DNA from: a virus
Lineage: Duplodnaviria; Caudoviricetes
Length of the DNA stretch: 62,787 nucleotides
IMG/VR virus record: IMGVR_UViG_3300044714_000076
Location: 1 to 62,787 of that record
Direction: 5' to 3' (one strand)
Below the pieces are notes generated by a model that saw only the letters and a program-made list of their open reading frames with translations, did no database searches and was not told the origin of the DNA. A program made the position numbers and the translations under genes. Positions 36,425 to 46,828 of this stretch are shown in pieces; the stretch's first letter is position 1, and each line of letters starts with the position of its first letter.

Positions 36425-37645
36425 GTGTCGTTTTTTTCTGATCTTCTGGAAGGCCACACCGGGAATCTCGGGAATGACCTCAATCCCTCCAACATCCTCT
36501 CGGACGCCGGCTCCGACTTCGCCAAGCAACCGACGTGGGCCAAGGACCTAGAAATCGCTGCCCCACTCGCGATCGGCACCGTTCTGACGGCCGGTGCTGA
36601 CTTGCCCGGCCTTGCCGGTGCGGGCGGCATTTTCGGCAGTTTGGGCGCTGGTGGGGCTGCCGCTGGTGCGGACGCCTTGGGCTTCGCGGGCGACGTGGGG
36701 GCTGATGCGGCTACCGCGGGCGGCACGGACGCTCTGGGCGCCATCGACACGGCCATAGGCGCTGGCGGGGCGGCTCCAGGTAGCGCGCTCTCCCTGGCGG
36801 CTCCTGACATCGCCGCTGCGGCTCCTACGGCGGCCGGCGCCGCGTGGCCTGCCAGCCTCGATCTGGGCGCTGGGACCGCGGCAGACGTGGGTACGGGGGC
36901 TGGTGGAGCTGCTGCGACCGGTGCTGGTGCCCCTTTGAGCCTGACTGGGGCTGCCACGGATACGGCGGGCACAACTGGCTCTGGTGGGATTTTTGATTCG
37001 TTGACCAAGGGCGTTACTTCAGCGTTCACCAAGAACCCGCTGGGGACGACCTTGGGGGTTGGCGGCCTAGCGCTGACTGGTTACGAGGGTATCCAGCAAA
37101 AGGAACAACTCAACGCGCTCAACAAGCAGGAAGCGCAGAATGCCATCACCGCCGGCAACACAGCCGCGCTCGCACAGTCGATCGCCGCGCCGCTTTTGAA
37201 TAACGGCCAGGCGCTGACGACCTATCTGACCAGCGGCACGCTGCCGCCGCAGTTCCAATCCCAGGTCGATCAGACCATTGCTTCCCAGAAAGCCGGCATC
37301 ATCCAGGGCTACGCATCGCGCGGCATGTCCACCGACCCGAAGCAGAACTCGCAGCTTCAGCAGGACTTGGCGGCGGTCGATAACTCGAAGAACGAGTTGA
37401 TGACGCAGCTCGAAAGCCAGCTTTCGACCGCTGGCAACCAGATGATCCAGACGGCAAACGGGTTGCTGAGCCAAGGGCTGAGCGCGACACAGCTTGAGTC
37501 GCAAATCCCGATTCAGATTTCGCAGCTCAACCAAGAACTCAACCAGTCGATGTCGCAGGCCATCTCCAACTTCGCTGCGGCGATTAACGGTGGCGGTCAG
37601 AGTGGTAAGAGTGTGACGCTGAATCTTGCTGGGGCAACAGGGTAG
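36425..37645 (+). CDS. Putative ejection (internal virion) protein 1
   Basis: GGAGGT RBS; Gly/Ala-rich N-half, Gln-rich helical C-half. Confidence 0.6.
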   Translation: MSFFSDLLEGHTGNLGNDLNPSNILSDAGSDFAKQPTWAKDLEIAAPLAIGTVLTAGADLPGLAGAGGIFGSLGAGGAAAGADALGFAGDVGADAATAGGTDALGAIDTAIGAGGAAPGSALSLAAPDIAAAAPTAAGAAWPASLDLGAGTAADVGTGAGGAAATGAGAPLSLTGAATDTAGTTGSGGIFDSLTKGVTSAFTKNPLGTTLGVGGLALTGYEGIQQKEQLNALNKQEAQNAITAGNTAALAQSIAAPLLNNGQALTTYLTSGTLPPQFQSQVDQTIASQKAGIIQGYASRGMSTDPKQNSQLQQDLAAVDNSKNELMTQLESQLSTAGNQMIQTANGLLSQGLSATQLESQIPIQISQLNQELNQSMSQAISNFAAAINGGGQSGKSVTLNLAGATG

Positions 37646-39354
37646 TGTCTAATCTTGATACAACAACCGATGCGAATGTACCGCCTCTGGCGGTTGTTGG
37701 CGCTACTGGTAAAAGCGATTCACCCGCCACGGGTGCTCCTGGGAAAAGTCTCGACGACCTGACCGGCGGCAGTGACGCGCAGTACGACGCCATCACCAAG
37801 GCCGACCTCGCGCTGACCAAACAGAAGATCGGCGCCGAGGGCGGCATGGCCGCAATCCAGAAGCGTCAGGACGACGCCTACGCCCAGCGTCAGGAGCGAA
37901 TGCTCGCCCAAGAAGGCGCGACCATGGACGATCTCAAGCCATGGAATGCCGAGAAGGAGATGGGCAAGCGCGAGACCAACCTGTGGGAGCAGTTCGGCTC
38001 GCCGGGCTTCGTGATCTCCATGCTCGCTTCCGCGTTCACGGCGATGCCAATGAACTCCGCGCTTAATGCCGGCGCTGCCGCAATGAACGCGATCAACCAG
38101 GGCAAGATGGAGGACTACCACAAGGCGTTCGACGCCTGGAAGGAGAACTCCAACCTGACCTTGAAGCGCCTCGATATCGAGGAACACGAGTTCAACCAGA
38201 TCGGTGATCTTCGCTCCAAGAACATGGAGTCGTGGCGGGCGCAGGCGACGGCTTTGGCGGCGCGGTTCAATGATCAGCGATTGGCACTTTTGCTTCAGGG
38301 TGGTTTGGATCAGCAAGTGCTTGACGCGATCGACGCCAAGGCGAAGTCAAAGGTCGAGTTGGCGGATGCGACGCAGCGCTTGCAGGATAACGAGACGCGC
38401 CGGCAGATCACCATGGCGCTACTCGGCGATTCGAAGGACCCGAAGAAGATGGCGCGGGCCGCACAGCTTGCCGAGGCCATCACCCAACCAGGGCCAAAGA
38501 CGCCGGAACAGCTTGCCGTTGCCGCGGTGATCAGCGATCCCGACTTCGCCGCGCTTTCGACGGCGGATCAAAACAAGCGGATCAACGAGGCGGTGCGCGG
38601 TGTTGCCAGTGCGCGGTATGGCGGTCATGCAACGCCAATCATGGGCGAAATTCAGCGCCAGCTCGACGCTTCGGATGCTGAACACCCAGACGATAGCCCC
38701 GAGCAACGTGATCAGCGGCATATCGAGATCATTAAGAATGTTTCGATCGCGCAAAAACCGGCCAATGCGGGCGCACCATCGATGGCGAAGGAGCAGGCAC
38801 AGCTTGTTGAGGAATACGTGAAGGCCGGAATGCCGCGCGACGAGGCAATCAAGAAAGCCAAGGAAGCTGCTGCCCCGCCGATCACCGGCAATAAGCGCGT
38901 CGATCTGGAATCTCATCTCGGCCAATACGATGACGCGCTGAAGATCATCGATGGCATCGATAAGACCTTGAATAAATACGCAGGCGCTGCCGGTGTGGCG
39001 GGACGCGCGACACGCATGGGCGAGCGGGTTGGCAATATCCTTGGCTCGAACAATACCGATCGCGTACAGATGATGCGCGATATCGAGCAATTGCAGGTTA
39101 TGGGGCCGCGTCTCTTGCTCGACCAGAAAACCGGTCGCCCGTTGTCCATCGAAGCCGGCAAGATCAGCGATATCATCGCCGGCTTGAACATGGGCGACAC
39201 CACGGCGAACACTTTGCGCGCCATGAAAGAAATCCGTGAGCGGCTGACGACAATCCGCGATCGCGACAAGGCGCAGATGGGTGGCGCCTCTGTCGCCGAT
39301 CCACCGCCTACGACCGAGGATAAGCCTTGGGAAAACGATCCGATCCAGAAATGA
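37645..39354 (+). CDS. Putative ejection protein 2
   Basis: Helical Ala/Gln-rich; position. Confidence 0.6.
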   Translation: MSNLDTTTDANVPPLAVVGATGKSDSPATGAPGKSLDDLTGGSDAQYDAITKADLALTKQKIGAEGGMAAIQKRQDDAYAQRQERMLAQEGATMDDLKPWNAEKEMGKRETNLWEQFGSPGFVISMLASAFTAMPMNSALNAGAAAMNAINQGKMEDYHKAFDAWKENSNLTLKRLDIEEHEFNQIGDLRSKNMESWRAQATALAARFNDQRLALLLQGGLDQQVLDAIDAKAKSKVELADATQRLQDNETRRQITMALLGDSKDPKKMARAAQLAEAITQPGPKTPEQLAVAAVISDPDFAALSTADQNKRINEAVRGVASARYGGHATPIMGEIQRQLDASDAEHPDDSPEQRDQRHIEIIKNVSIAQKPANAGAPSMAKEQAQLVEEYVKAGMPRDEAIKKAKEAAAPPITGNKRVDLESHLGQYDDALKIIDGIDKTLNKYAGAAGVAGRATRMGERVGNILGSNNTDRVQMMRDIEQLQVMGPRLLLDQKTGRPLSIEAGKISDIIAGLNMGDTTANTLRAMKEIRERLTTIRDRDKAQMGGASVADPPPTTEDKPWENDPIQK

Positions 39355-39357
39355 TTT

Positions 39358-42303
39358 ATGGTTGATCTCGCCAACATAGGACCCGAAGGCGTCACCGCGG
39401 ATTTGGAGAAAGCACCTCCAGCCGTGACCGATGCCGATTCCTACGAGAAGATCGCCGCCGGCGCCGACTACCTCGATCCCAAGGGCAACAAGCGGACCAA
39501 GCCGTATCGCGTGAAGGACGCGGATGAGTACGCCGCGCTCCCCGAGGGCGTGCCGTACATCGATCCCGAAGGCAATTCGCGGGTCTCGCCGAAGTACGAG
39601 GACTTGGATTTCACCACCCAGACGCTCTACAACATGAGCGTGACCGATGCCGAACGCAAGAAAGCGCTGGAGCGCGGTTATCCTGGCAAGGTCAAGACCA
39701 ATAAGCAGACCGGCGAGATGTACGTCGATGAGGACGGCACCTTGCGCCGCTCTCGCGGCTATAACAAGTCGCCGATGTCCATGATTGCCTCTCAGGCGGC
39801 GCCGGTTCTTGGCTCGATTGCGGGCGAGGTCGGTGGCGGTATTGCAGGCGGCGTGGCTGGCTCCGTGGTGCCGTTTGCCGGAACTGCGGCGGGCGCCACA
39901 GGCGGGGCAATAGCCGGCGGCGCTGCCGGCGGCGCTGCGGGCCAGGGGTTCAATGACGCCATCATGGCGCTGGCCGGTGTGTACGACCGTACCGGAACCG
40001 AGGAAGCGGTTGAGCTGGGCATGGCCGGCTTGTTCGGTGGTGTCGGCACGGCTGCCGGGCGAGGCCTGGCTGCGGCAGCACCTGCCATCAAGGGCGCGGT
40101 CAAGAACGCACTGCCAAAGGCCGCTGCCGACTTCCTTGGCGCGACACCCGAAGGCGTGTCACAAGCCAGCGCGCTGCGCGAGCAAGGCACCATGGTTCCG
40201 CCTTCGGCTTGGGCCAAGGAAGCGCCGCACATCATCAATATCTCGGAGCGGTTCGACCCGGCATTTCGCACCCAGGACCCGCTTCTGCAATCAGCAACCG
40301 AGCATTATGAGACCAAGGGCAAGGATATTCTCACTGGGTTGGGCGCGGATACCGGTAAGATCGGCAAGCTGACTGATCCCGAGGCGGCAGTGTCTACCGA
40401 GCGCGCGGGTGAGGCTGTGTTGGGCCGCACGCGCGAGGAATTACGCAAGACGGATGAGGCGTTGCGCCAGGCACTCGAAGTCAAGCGCACGAACCTGGCT
40501 GGCTCGATGACGGAGCGTATTGCCGCGCAGGAGTCGCAAACCCGGCAGCTCGAAACGGCGGCGGCCGAGGCGCGCAAAGCGGCGCAAGGGGTGATCGATG
40601 CCGGGTTTCAGGAGATTGACAAGTCCAGCCAAGCCGCGATGGATGCCGTCAAGGCCGGGCACAACGGCGGAACTCTGTGGCAGCAGGTTGCCGAGAAAAT
40701 TCAGAAGGTGCGCGCCGGTATCATGGGCCGCGCCAACAAGATGTATTCCGAAGCGGACTCGCTGGCCGGCGGGTTGAAGCCGGACATTAGCGGCTTGCCG
40801 GAACGCGCACAACAGTTTCTCAACGAATTGCCCGAAGGGTTTGAGGGCAAATATCCCAGCATCGTCAAACAAATTCGTGATATGGCTGGAGAGATCGATG
40901 AGGAAGGTAAAGTCATCCGCGAGCCGGTTCAGCCGACATGGGCGCAGTTGCATAATTTGCGCTCGATCATGCGGCAGAATTATAATCGCCTCGATCTTAC
41001 GCCTGACGTGAAGCAGGGCACATTCAAGTTTTTCGCCAATCGCGTTGATGAAATTCTCAATGACGCGAACGCCGTGCCCGAGTTGAAGGCAGCGGCCAAG
41101 CAGCTCCGAGAGGCCGACAATTTCTATCGCAAGAACATGGGTGCGTTCAACGACAAGCGCATCCAGGCGGTTATGGACGGCCTCGACGCTGGTTTGCCTG
41201 CCGATCCCAAGGTGTTGTTCGATACCATCGTCAAGGAAGGTCGCTCGGATCTGACCAAGAAAGTGTCCGAGATGGTCGGCCCCAACCTATGGGCCGGGGT
41301 CAAGGCGGCTGACGTTCGCGAGATGCTGGAGCAATCCAAGTCGGTCACAGGCGAGATCGACGGTAAGAGGTTCGTATCGCAGGTGCTGGAACGCTATCGT
41401 AGTGGGATGCTCGAAGCCGTTCACGGCAAGGAGGTCACGCAAAAGTTGCTTCAACAGGCGCAGAACATTGAAGCGCTGGCCGGTCGCCTGAACATCCCGG
41501 TTCGTCCTGGCGATACGATTCGCGATGTAATTGAGACCGCGCGTACCGCGGGCGAGGCTGCCAAAGCTGCGGCCAAACGGGACCCGTTGGGCACCTTGAC
41601 CCGCGAGATGAAGGGTATCGAGCGGCAGCTTGCGGCGACCAAGCAGGCCGCGCGCAAGAATCTCAAGACCAACAACGCACTTGATTTTCTCTATGATGAG
41701 TCGGTTGGCGCGTCCGAGGCTGTGGACAAGATTCTCGGTAGCGAGGACTTGATTATCGCTGCCGCTTCGAAGTTTGGGCCGACTTCGCCCGAGTTCAACT
41801 TGTTGCGTCAGACCTGGGCGCAGAAGCTGCTCACCGGCACGTTAACGCCGAGCAGTAAACTCGCGAAAGTTTCCGAGGAAGTGCAGCGTATCATGTTTCC
41901 TGGTGTCAGCCTCGACCAGATGAAAACGCTGGCGAAGGAGATGGACTTTCTCATGGGTACGCGCGGTGGGCTTGGCTCCAGCATGGCCGGCGGCCTCGCG
42001 GCGATGTCCAAGGTCGAGCACCCGTGGTCGAGTATTCCGCTGGGCAAAGCGGCGGGTAAGCTTATTCCCGGCTTCGACGCTGCCGGCCGCTTCATGCTCG
42101 GCAAGTATTTCAAGTTCGTCACCGAGCTGGCCAACAATCCGGCGTTCTTGCGCTGGGTCGAGAAAGGGCTTAAAGGCGACGATCAGGCGCGCGAGATGGT
42201 CAAGGAATTAGTGCAACAGCGCATGAAGATTGGCGGCGCGATGGGCGCGGGTGTCGGCGAGTCGCAATTCCAGACGCCGAACCAGAACGTGATGCTGCAA
42301 TGA
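39358..42303 (+). CDS. Putative large ejection protein 3
   Basis: 981 aa; glycine-zipper segment followed by long helical body. Confidence 0.62.
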   Translation: MVDLANIGPEGVTADLEKAPPAVTDADSYEKIAAGADYLDPKGNKRTKPYRVKDADEYAALPEGVPYIDPEGNSRVSPKYEDLDFTTQTLYNMSVTDAERKKALERGYPGKVKTNKQTGEMYVDEDGTLRRSRGYNKSPMSMIASQAAPVLGSIAGEVGGGIAGGVAGSVVPFAGTAAGATGGAIAGGAAGGAAGQGFNDAIMALAGVYDRTGTEEAVELGMAGLFGGVGTAAGRGLAAAAPAIKGAVKNALPKAAADFLGATPEGVSQASALREQGTMVPPSAWAKEAPHIINISERFDPAFRTQDPLLQSATEHYETKGKDILTGLGADTGKIGKLTDPEAAVSTERAGEAVLGRTREELRKTDEALRQALEVKRTNLAGSMTERIAAQESQTRQLETAAAEARKAAQGVIDAGFQEIDKSSQAAMDAVKAGHNGGTLWQQVAEKIQKVRAGIMGRANKMYSEADSLAGGLKPDISGLPERAQQFLNELPEGFEGKYPSIVKQIRDMAGEIDEEGKVIREPVQPTWAQLHNLRSIMRQNYNRLDLTPDVKQGTFKFFANRVDEILNDANAVPELKAAAKQLREADNFYRKNMGAFNDKRIQAVMDGLDAGLPADPKVLFDTIVKEGRSDLTKKVSEMVGPNLWAGVKAADVREMLEQSKSVTGEIDGKRFVSQVLERYRSGMLEAVHGKEVTQKLLQQAQNIEALAGRLNIPVRPGDTIRDVIETARTAGEAAKAAAKRDPLGTLTREMKGIERQLAATKQAARKNLKTNNALDFLYDESVGASEAVDKILGSEDLIIAAASKFGPTSPEFNLLRQTWAQKLLTGTLTPSSKLAKVSEEVQRIMFPGVSLDQMKTLAKEMDFLMGTRGGLGSSMAGGLAAMSKVEHPWSSIPLGKAAGKLIPGFDAAGRFMLGKYFKFVTELANNPAFLRWVEKGLKGDDQAREMVKELVQQRMKIGGAMGAGVGESQFQTPNQNVMLQ

Positions 42304-42842
42304 CCACCCTCGCCGACATCGAGAAACTGGCGCAAAAGACTGGGAAGAATACAGTAACATTTGCCGAATTGCGAACTCTTTTGCGGTACAATCCTGAAAC
42401 TGGAGAATGGTGGTATCGAGCTGCGGTTAATAACAGATTTAAGCCCGGTGTTCGAGCAGGGTCTACCGGAGCATACGGCTATTGGATGATCGCAATTGAC
42501 GGACGTAAATATAAATCGTCACGATTAGCTTTCTTATATATGCGCGGCAGATGGCCCGAGCAGATGATGGATCACATCGATTGCAACCGCGCAAACGATA
42601 AATGGTCAAATCTTCGAGAAGCCACGCCAACACAAAATAGCGCTAACAGGCGTAAAGAGCGTCGCAATAAAAGTGGTTACAAAGGCGTCTCTTGGTTTTC
42701 TGCTGCTAAAAAATGGGTCGCTCATATAGGTGATGGTAATACCCAGAAAAATTTAGGTTACTTTGACGATCCTGCGGAAGCGCACGCCGCCTATTTCAAA
42801 GCTGCTAAACAGCGCTTCGGCGAATACGCGAGGGCCGGATGA
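42300..42842 (+). CDS. HNH endonuclease with AP2 domain
   Basis: LRYNPETG, MDHIDCNRANDKWSNLREAT..N, SGYKGV...LGYF...EAHAAY. Confidence 0.92.
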   Translation: MTTLADIEKLAQKTGKNTVTFAELRTLLRYNPETGEWWYRAAVNNRFKPGVRAGSTGAYGYWMIAIDGRKYKSSRLAFLYMRGRWPEQMMDHIDCNRANDKWSNLREATPTQNSANRRKERRNKSGYKGVSWFSAAKKWVAHIGDGNTQKNLGYFDDPAEAHAAYFKAAKQRFGEYARAG

Positions 42843-43090
42843 GCGCAATCAAGGACATCGAAGATTTGCTACGTAAAACCGCTCAACAAGCGATACTTCC
42901 CGATACATCGATTGAAAATCGAATAGACGCCCTTCGCGTGATGGGCAGTTACTATACCGCGCTGAAGAAAGCCGCCGGCCAGGAGCCTCCCGATCCGGGG
43001 GGCGATCCGACCATGGACGATATGCGTTCGCAAATCGAGGAGTCAGGGAATGGCAGAGCCGTTCAAACTCGAAGTCGTTCCCGAAACTGA
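42839..43090 (+). CDS. Hypothetical protein
   Basis: Coupled ORF. Confidence 0.6.
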   Translation: MSAIKDIEDLLRKTAQQAILPDTSIENRIDALRVMGSYYTALKKAAGQEPPDPGGDPTMDDMRSQIEESGNGRAVQTRSRSRN

Positions 43091-43340
43091 TCCTCCTACG
43101 CAAGATGCTTCGGCGGACGTAGCCCGCTCGGATGCCACTACGGCCATGTTCATGATGGCGCTTGGCGCGTTGTCGAAGCGTGCTTTGGTCGCTCTTGCCT
43201 CAATGTTCTCGCTGCTTACCGCTGGCAGTGCCTTCTGGCTCTGGTTCCTCACTCCCAAGCCCGACGTTTATCAGATCGTCTCGCTGACGATCTATTCTAT
43301 CTTCATCCTCGCGCTCAATTGGCTGGTGAGGACGCGATGA
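43050..43340 (+). CDS. Two-TM membrane protein
   Basis: Two hydrophobic helices; GGAG RBS. Confidence 0.7.
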   Translation: MAEPFKLEVVPETDPPTQDASADVARSDATTAMFMMALGALSKRALVALASMFSLLTAGSAFWLWFLTPKPDVYQIVSLTIYSIFILALNWLVRTR

Positions 43341-44515
43341 TCAGGGTTCTGATTTTTCTTGCTGGGCTGCTGGCACTTATTCCGACACAAGCGCAAGCGC
43401 AAGCTCCCGTTCTTGTCTATTGCGATACCGGGGTAAGCGGCGCAAATCGCTACATCCCCTGCAATACGACTTACCCTCTTGCTGTTTCCGCGTCAGTTAC
43501 CGCGTCTATTTCCGGTTTTACCGCTACATCCACTGGGACGCCCATTTCGGTTACAACTGGCGGGGTTACTGGTACACTTCCAAGCGGCACGGTTGTCGTC
43601 GCAACAAACGCCGGGGCGACCAATACTGCTTATTGCGCGCTTGGTGGGTCTGCTACCACTAGCTCGCAACCAATTTCTCCCGGCGGGTGGTTTGCGTTCA
43701 CGGTCGGCGTATCAACACAGTTAACTTGCATTACCTCAACTAGCACCACGACCGTTAACATGACCGGCGGCGCAGGATTGCCAACTGGAACGGGTGGGGG
43801 AGGCAGTGGAGGGTCTGGAGGCGCCGTCACTATCGCTTCTGCCGGCGTAGCCAGCGGGGCTTACGCTTCTGGCTCGATCGCTTCCGGCGCCATCGTTAGT
43901 GGTGCCGATGTCACGGAAGGCACCACTGCGGAAACCACGGTTTATGCGGGCTCCGGCGGTTGTACGGTCGTTGCATGCCTCAAGGGTATTTATTCGGGCG
44001 TGACCGGAGCGATTCCTGCGGGCACAGCACTTATCGGAAAAGTCGGTATTGATCAGACAACACCGGGGACGACCAACGGCGTACAGGTCAATGCCGCGCT
44101 TCCGGCAGGTTCAAATGTTATTGGCGGCGTGACTGTAAGCGCGCAGGCCGATCCTTGTTTTGCGAGCGCCAAGACTAATCTTGCCATCAACGGCAATAGT
44201 ACAAGTTCGACACAGCTAATCGCGCTTTCTGGTAGCACGACAATCTACATTTGTTCGCTATCGTTGATCGCCGCCGGTGCAACTACGGTTGCGTTTACGA
44301 CCGGAACAGGAACTGCGTGCGTGACAAATAATGCGGCTGTTATCGGCTCGACCACGGCAAATATTGCCAACAGCATTTCGCTGGCGGCTAATGGCGGTCT
44401 TACGCTGGGTAGTGGGGTGGGCACCATTGCCAAGGGAGTCGCATCAAGCGAATTCTGCATGATACTTGGCAGCTCAGTCTACGTCGCGGGCAACCTCACC
44501 TACGTCCAACAGTAG
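43337..44515 (+). CDS. Ser/Thr/Gly-rich fibre-like protein with signal-peptide-like N-terminus
   Basis: MIRVLIFLAGLLALIPTQAQA|Q; IGKVGIDQTTPGTTNGVQ; LPAGSNVIG. Confidence 0.7.
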   Translation: MIRVLIFLAGLLALIPTQAQAQAPVLVYCDTGVSGANRYIPCNTTYPLAVSASVTASISGFTATSTGTPISVTTGGVTGTLPSGTVVVATNAGATNTAYCALGGSATTSSQPISPGGWFAFTVGVSTQLTCITSTSTTTVNMTGGAGLPTGTGGGGSGGSGGAVTIASAGVASGAYASGSIASGAIVSGADVTEGTTAETTVYAGSGGCTVVACLKGIYSGVTGAIPAGTALIGKVGIDQTTPGTTNGVQVNAALPAGSNVIGGVTVSAQADPCFASAKTNLAINGNSTSSTQLIALSGSTTIYICSLSLIAAGATTVAFTTGTGTACVTNNAAVIGSTTANIANSISLAANGGLTLGSGVGTIAKGVASSEFCMILGSSVYVAGNLTYVQQ

Positions 44516-44519
44516 CGTC

Positions 44520-45464
44520 ATGAAGCGGATTATCTGCACATACATCGCGGTTTGTGCGCTGTTTGTTGCGGCTTGGCAGTCCTTTGCCCAGGTGCCTATG
44601 ACCGGCGCTGGACTGCCGAAGCCAGCAGTGAGCGCGAGTTATCAAGGTCCTGGCGACCTTTCCAACCTCGGAACTTGGACGGCATGGGGTAGCTGTGCGC
44701 GGGCCTGGAACGCGGCATACGCCGCCGCGCAAAGTCCGCTTTGCGATCTTGTTGACACCTCAACCGGGGTAGCAACATGCACGCTGAGCGTTGGAACGAA
44801 CGGCTTTGCCAATGTGTCGTCGGCGGTGTGCGTGAGCAATACCGTCAGCGTAACAACGTTCTGCACGGTCACTCATACCGGGTGCAGCGTAACCAAGGTT
44901 TACGATCAGAGTGGCAGCAGCAACCACTTCACCCAAGCCACGCTTGGGAACATGCCAACGCTTACGCTAAGTGCGCTCAACAGTTTGCCGGGACTGACGT
45001 TTGCGGCCGGTTCGATGCAGATCAATACCGGATCAATCACGCAAGCTGTGCCGTTTTCAATATCATCTGTCTACGAGCGAACCGGAGGATTTACCACACA
45101 GACCGGTGTGGTTAACCCACAAAATGCGACCACGGCCGGATGCGGCCCGTATAGCACGGCAGCGACTATTTATGTTGGTGCGGTGACGGGGATTGCGGCA
45201 TCCGATAGTGCCTATCACGCGCTGCAATGTGTCAACCAGAATACAGGCGGCACTGTCGTTTCTGTTGTCGATGGGACAACTTCGACCGGGACGGCCGGGG
45301 CAACAGGTTTTGTGGCTACGCCCGCGCGCATGGCGCGCGGCACGGGCGGTTCTCTGACAGGCATCATCATGGAACTTGGTATTTGGTCTGGTGCTTTTAC
45401 ATCCACCGAATATGGTGCGCTCAACACCAACCAGCACAGCGCGACCAATGGCTACAATTTTTAA
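44520..45464 (+). CDS. Exported arabinofuranosidase B catalytic-like/concanavalin-fold protein
   Basis: Signal MKRIICTYIAVCALFVAAWQSFA|Q; RAWNAAY, FC....CSVTKVYDQSGSSNHFTQA. Confidence 0.55.
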   Translation: MKRIICTYIAVCALFVAAWQSFAQVPMTGAGLPKPAVSASYQGPGDLSNLGTWTAWGSCARAWNAAYAAAQSPLCDLVDTSTGVATCTLSVGTNGFANVSSAVCVSNTVSVTTFCTVTHTGCSVTKVYDQSGSSNHFTQATLGNMPTLTLSALNSLPGLTFAAGSMQINTGSITQAVPFSISSVYERTGGFTTQTGVVNPQNATTAGCGPYSTAATIYVGAVTGIAASDSAYHALQCVNQNTGGTVVSVVDGTTSTGTAGATGFVATPARMARGTGGSLTGIIMELGIWSGAFTSTEYGALNTNQHSATNGYNF

Positions 45465-46755
45465 GCGGCTGGTTGTTGCGCTCATCGCAATAATTTGTCT
45501 GTCGAGCGACAGCGGCGCTTTTTGGCACGGCGCTCCTGTTGGTCTTATTGGCACACGAGCCAAGGTGGACGGCAATAAGAGCGGCGGCATTACCAAGGCG
45601 ATGTTCCGCAGTGCCTTCTATTTGCCGAACGGCAGCACAACAATACAGTTTCTAGAAGGCTGCTTTTATGTGGCCTCTGGTGTAGAAACAGGGCCAGGTT
45701 CCAGTTGCGTTATCACTGAAAGCGTCGAATACAACGGAACTTGCACCCCAGTAAAGTTCTCTGGGTCATCAACCGGCACAATACCAAACAATGGCACACT
45801 GTTGAGCGACCCGGTTACCCTATCTGCGCCCGCTGGTGCTCTCGCCTTTCGTCGTCAATACCAAACAAACTCATCCGGGGTTACTTATCAGTGGGATAAC
45901 TCTGTAAATTTTATCGATACGTCGCTGGGGGATGCAAGTGTCACGTCTAGCCCAACTGATCAAACGGTTGCATGTGGAGCACTGACCGATAGCGGAACCA
46001 TTGGGATTCATGCGCCGCTGGCGATTATTGGCCCCTTAAATCAGCCCGGCGTTTGTGTTGTAGGCGATAGCATCGCGTATGGTTCACAAGGGACGTTTGA
46101 CGCCACAGGCGATATCGGGATTATTGAGCCGTCTTTAGGAACAGGTTTTGCTTGGACCAATATATCAAGCAGTGGAGATCAGGCTGTAGCTTTTGTTGCG
46201 GGACACTCAAATCGGTCGCTCGTGTTTCCTTATTGCTCCACAGCTATAATTGAATATGGCCGCAACGATATTTACGCTTCGCCGTTCGATACGGCGGCAC
46301 AACTTGAAACCAACTTGACCACAATTTATGGCTACTTTGGATCAAACACCAAGACAATTATCGAAACAACTTTAATTCCCGACACCCCGTCATCGACAGA
46401 TGAGTGGGAGACAACTGCAAATCAGTCTACCCAAGCGCCATATGAAGGTTATCGGCAAAGTTTTAATTCTGCTTTGCGCGCCGGGACGTTCGGCCCGAGC
46501 GGCGGCTATTTCGATACTGCCAGTGTGATCGGCACGCCGTCACCGAATTACCAGTTTTGGATCGTCAACGGGACGCCGTATTATTGTACTTACCCGCAAA
46601 GCAGCTTTGCTGGCGTTCACCCGAGCCCAACTTGCTATGGGATTGTTGCTAGTTCCGGCATCATCGATACAACCCGGATTCAATGGTTGCTAAACCGCGA
46701 CCTAGATCCGGCATCGAATGACAATAGCCCAGCGTTTCTACGAAAGGCAGCTTAA
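45448..46755 (+). CDS. Exported SGNH/GDSL hydrolase (esterase/deacetylase)
   Basis: Signal-like N-terminus; GDSIAYG, YGRND, GVHP blocks. Confidence 0.8.
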   Translation: MATIFKRLVVALIAIICLSSDSGAFWHGAPVGLIGTRAKVDGNKSGGITKAMFRSAFYLPNGSTTIQFLEGCFYVASGVETGPGSSCVITESVEYNGTCTPVKFSGSSTGTIPNNGTLLSDPVTLSAPAGALAFRRQYQTNSSGVTYQWDNSVNFIDTSLGDASVTSSPTDQTVACGALTDSGTIGIHAPLAIIGPLNQPGVCVVGDSIAYGSQGTFDATGDIGIIEPSLGTGFAWTNISSSGDQAVAFVAGHSNRSLVFPYCSTAIIEYGRNDIYASPFDTAAQLETNLTTIYGYFGSNTKTIIETTLIPDTPSSTDEWETTANQSTQAPYEGYRQSFNSALRAGTFGPSGGYFDTASVIGTPSPNYQFWIVNGTPYYCTYPQSSFAGVHPSPTCYGIVASSGIIDTTRIQWLLNRDLDPASNDNSPAFLRKAA

Positions 46756-46828
46756 AAATGCAGTTTTACCTGGAACTTTTCATGCTATACTGCACGCCTT
46801 CGGCAGTCGTTTTAGCGTGGTTTTTGCG

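Noticed and set aside
36425-42303. Tape-measure protein
   Set aside because: No tail tube, sheath or chaperone genes; the three-gene arrangement fits ejection proteins.
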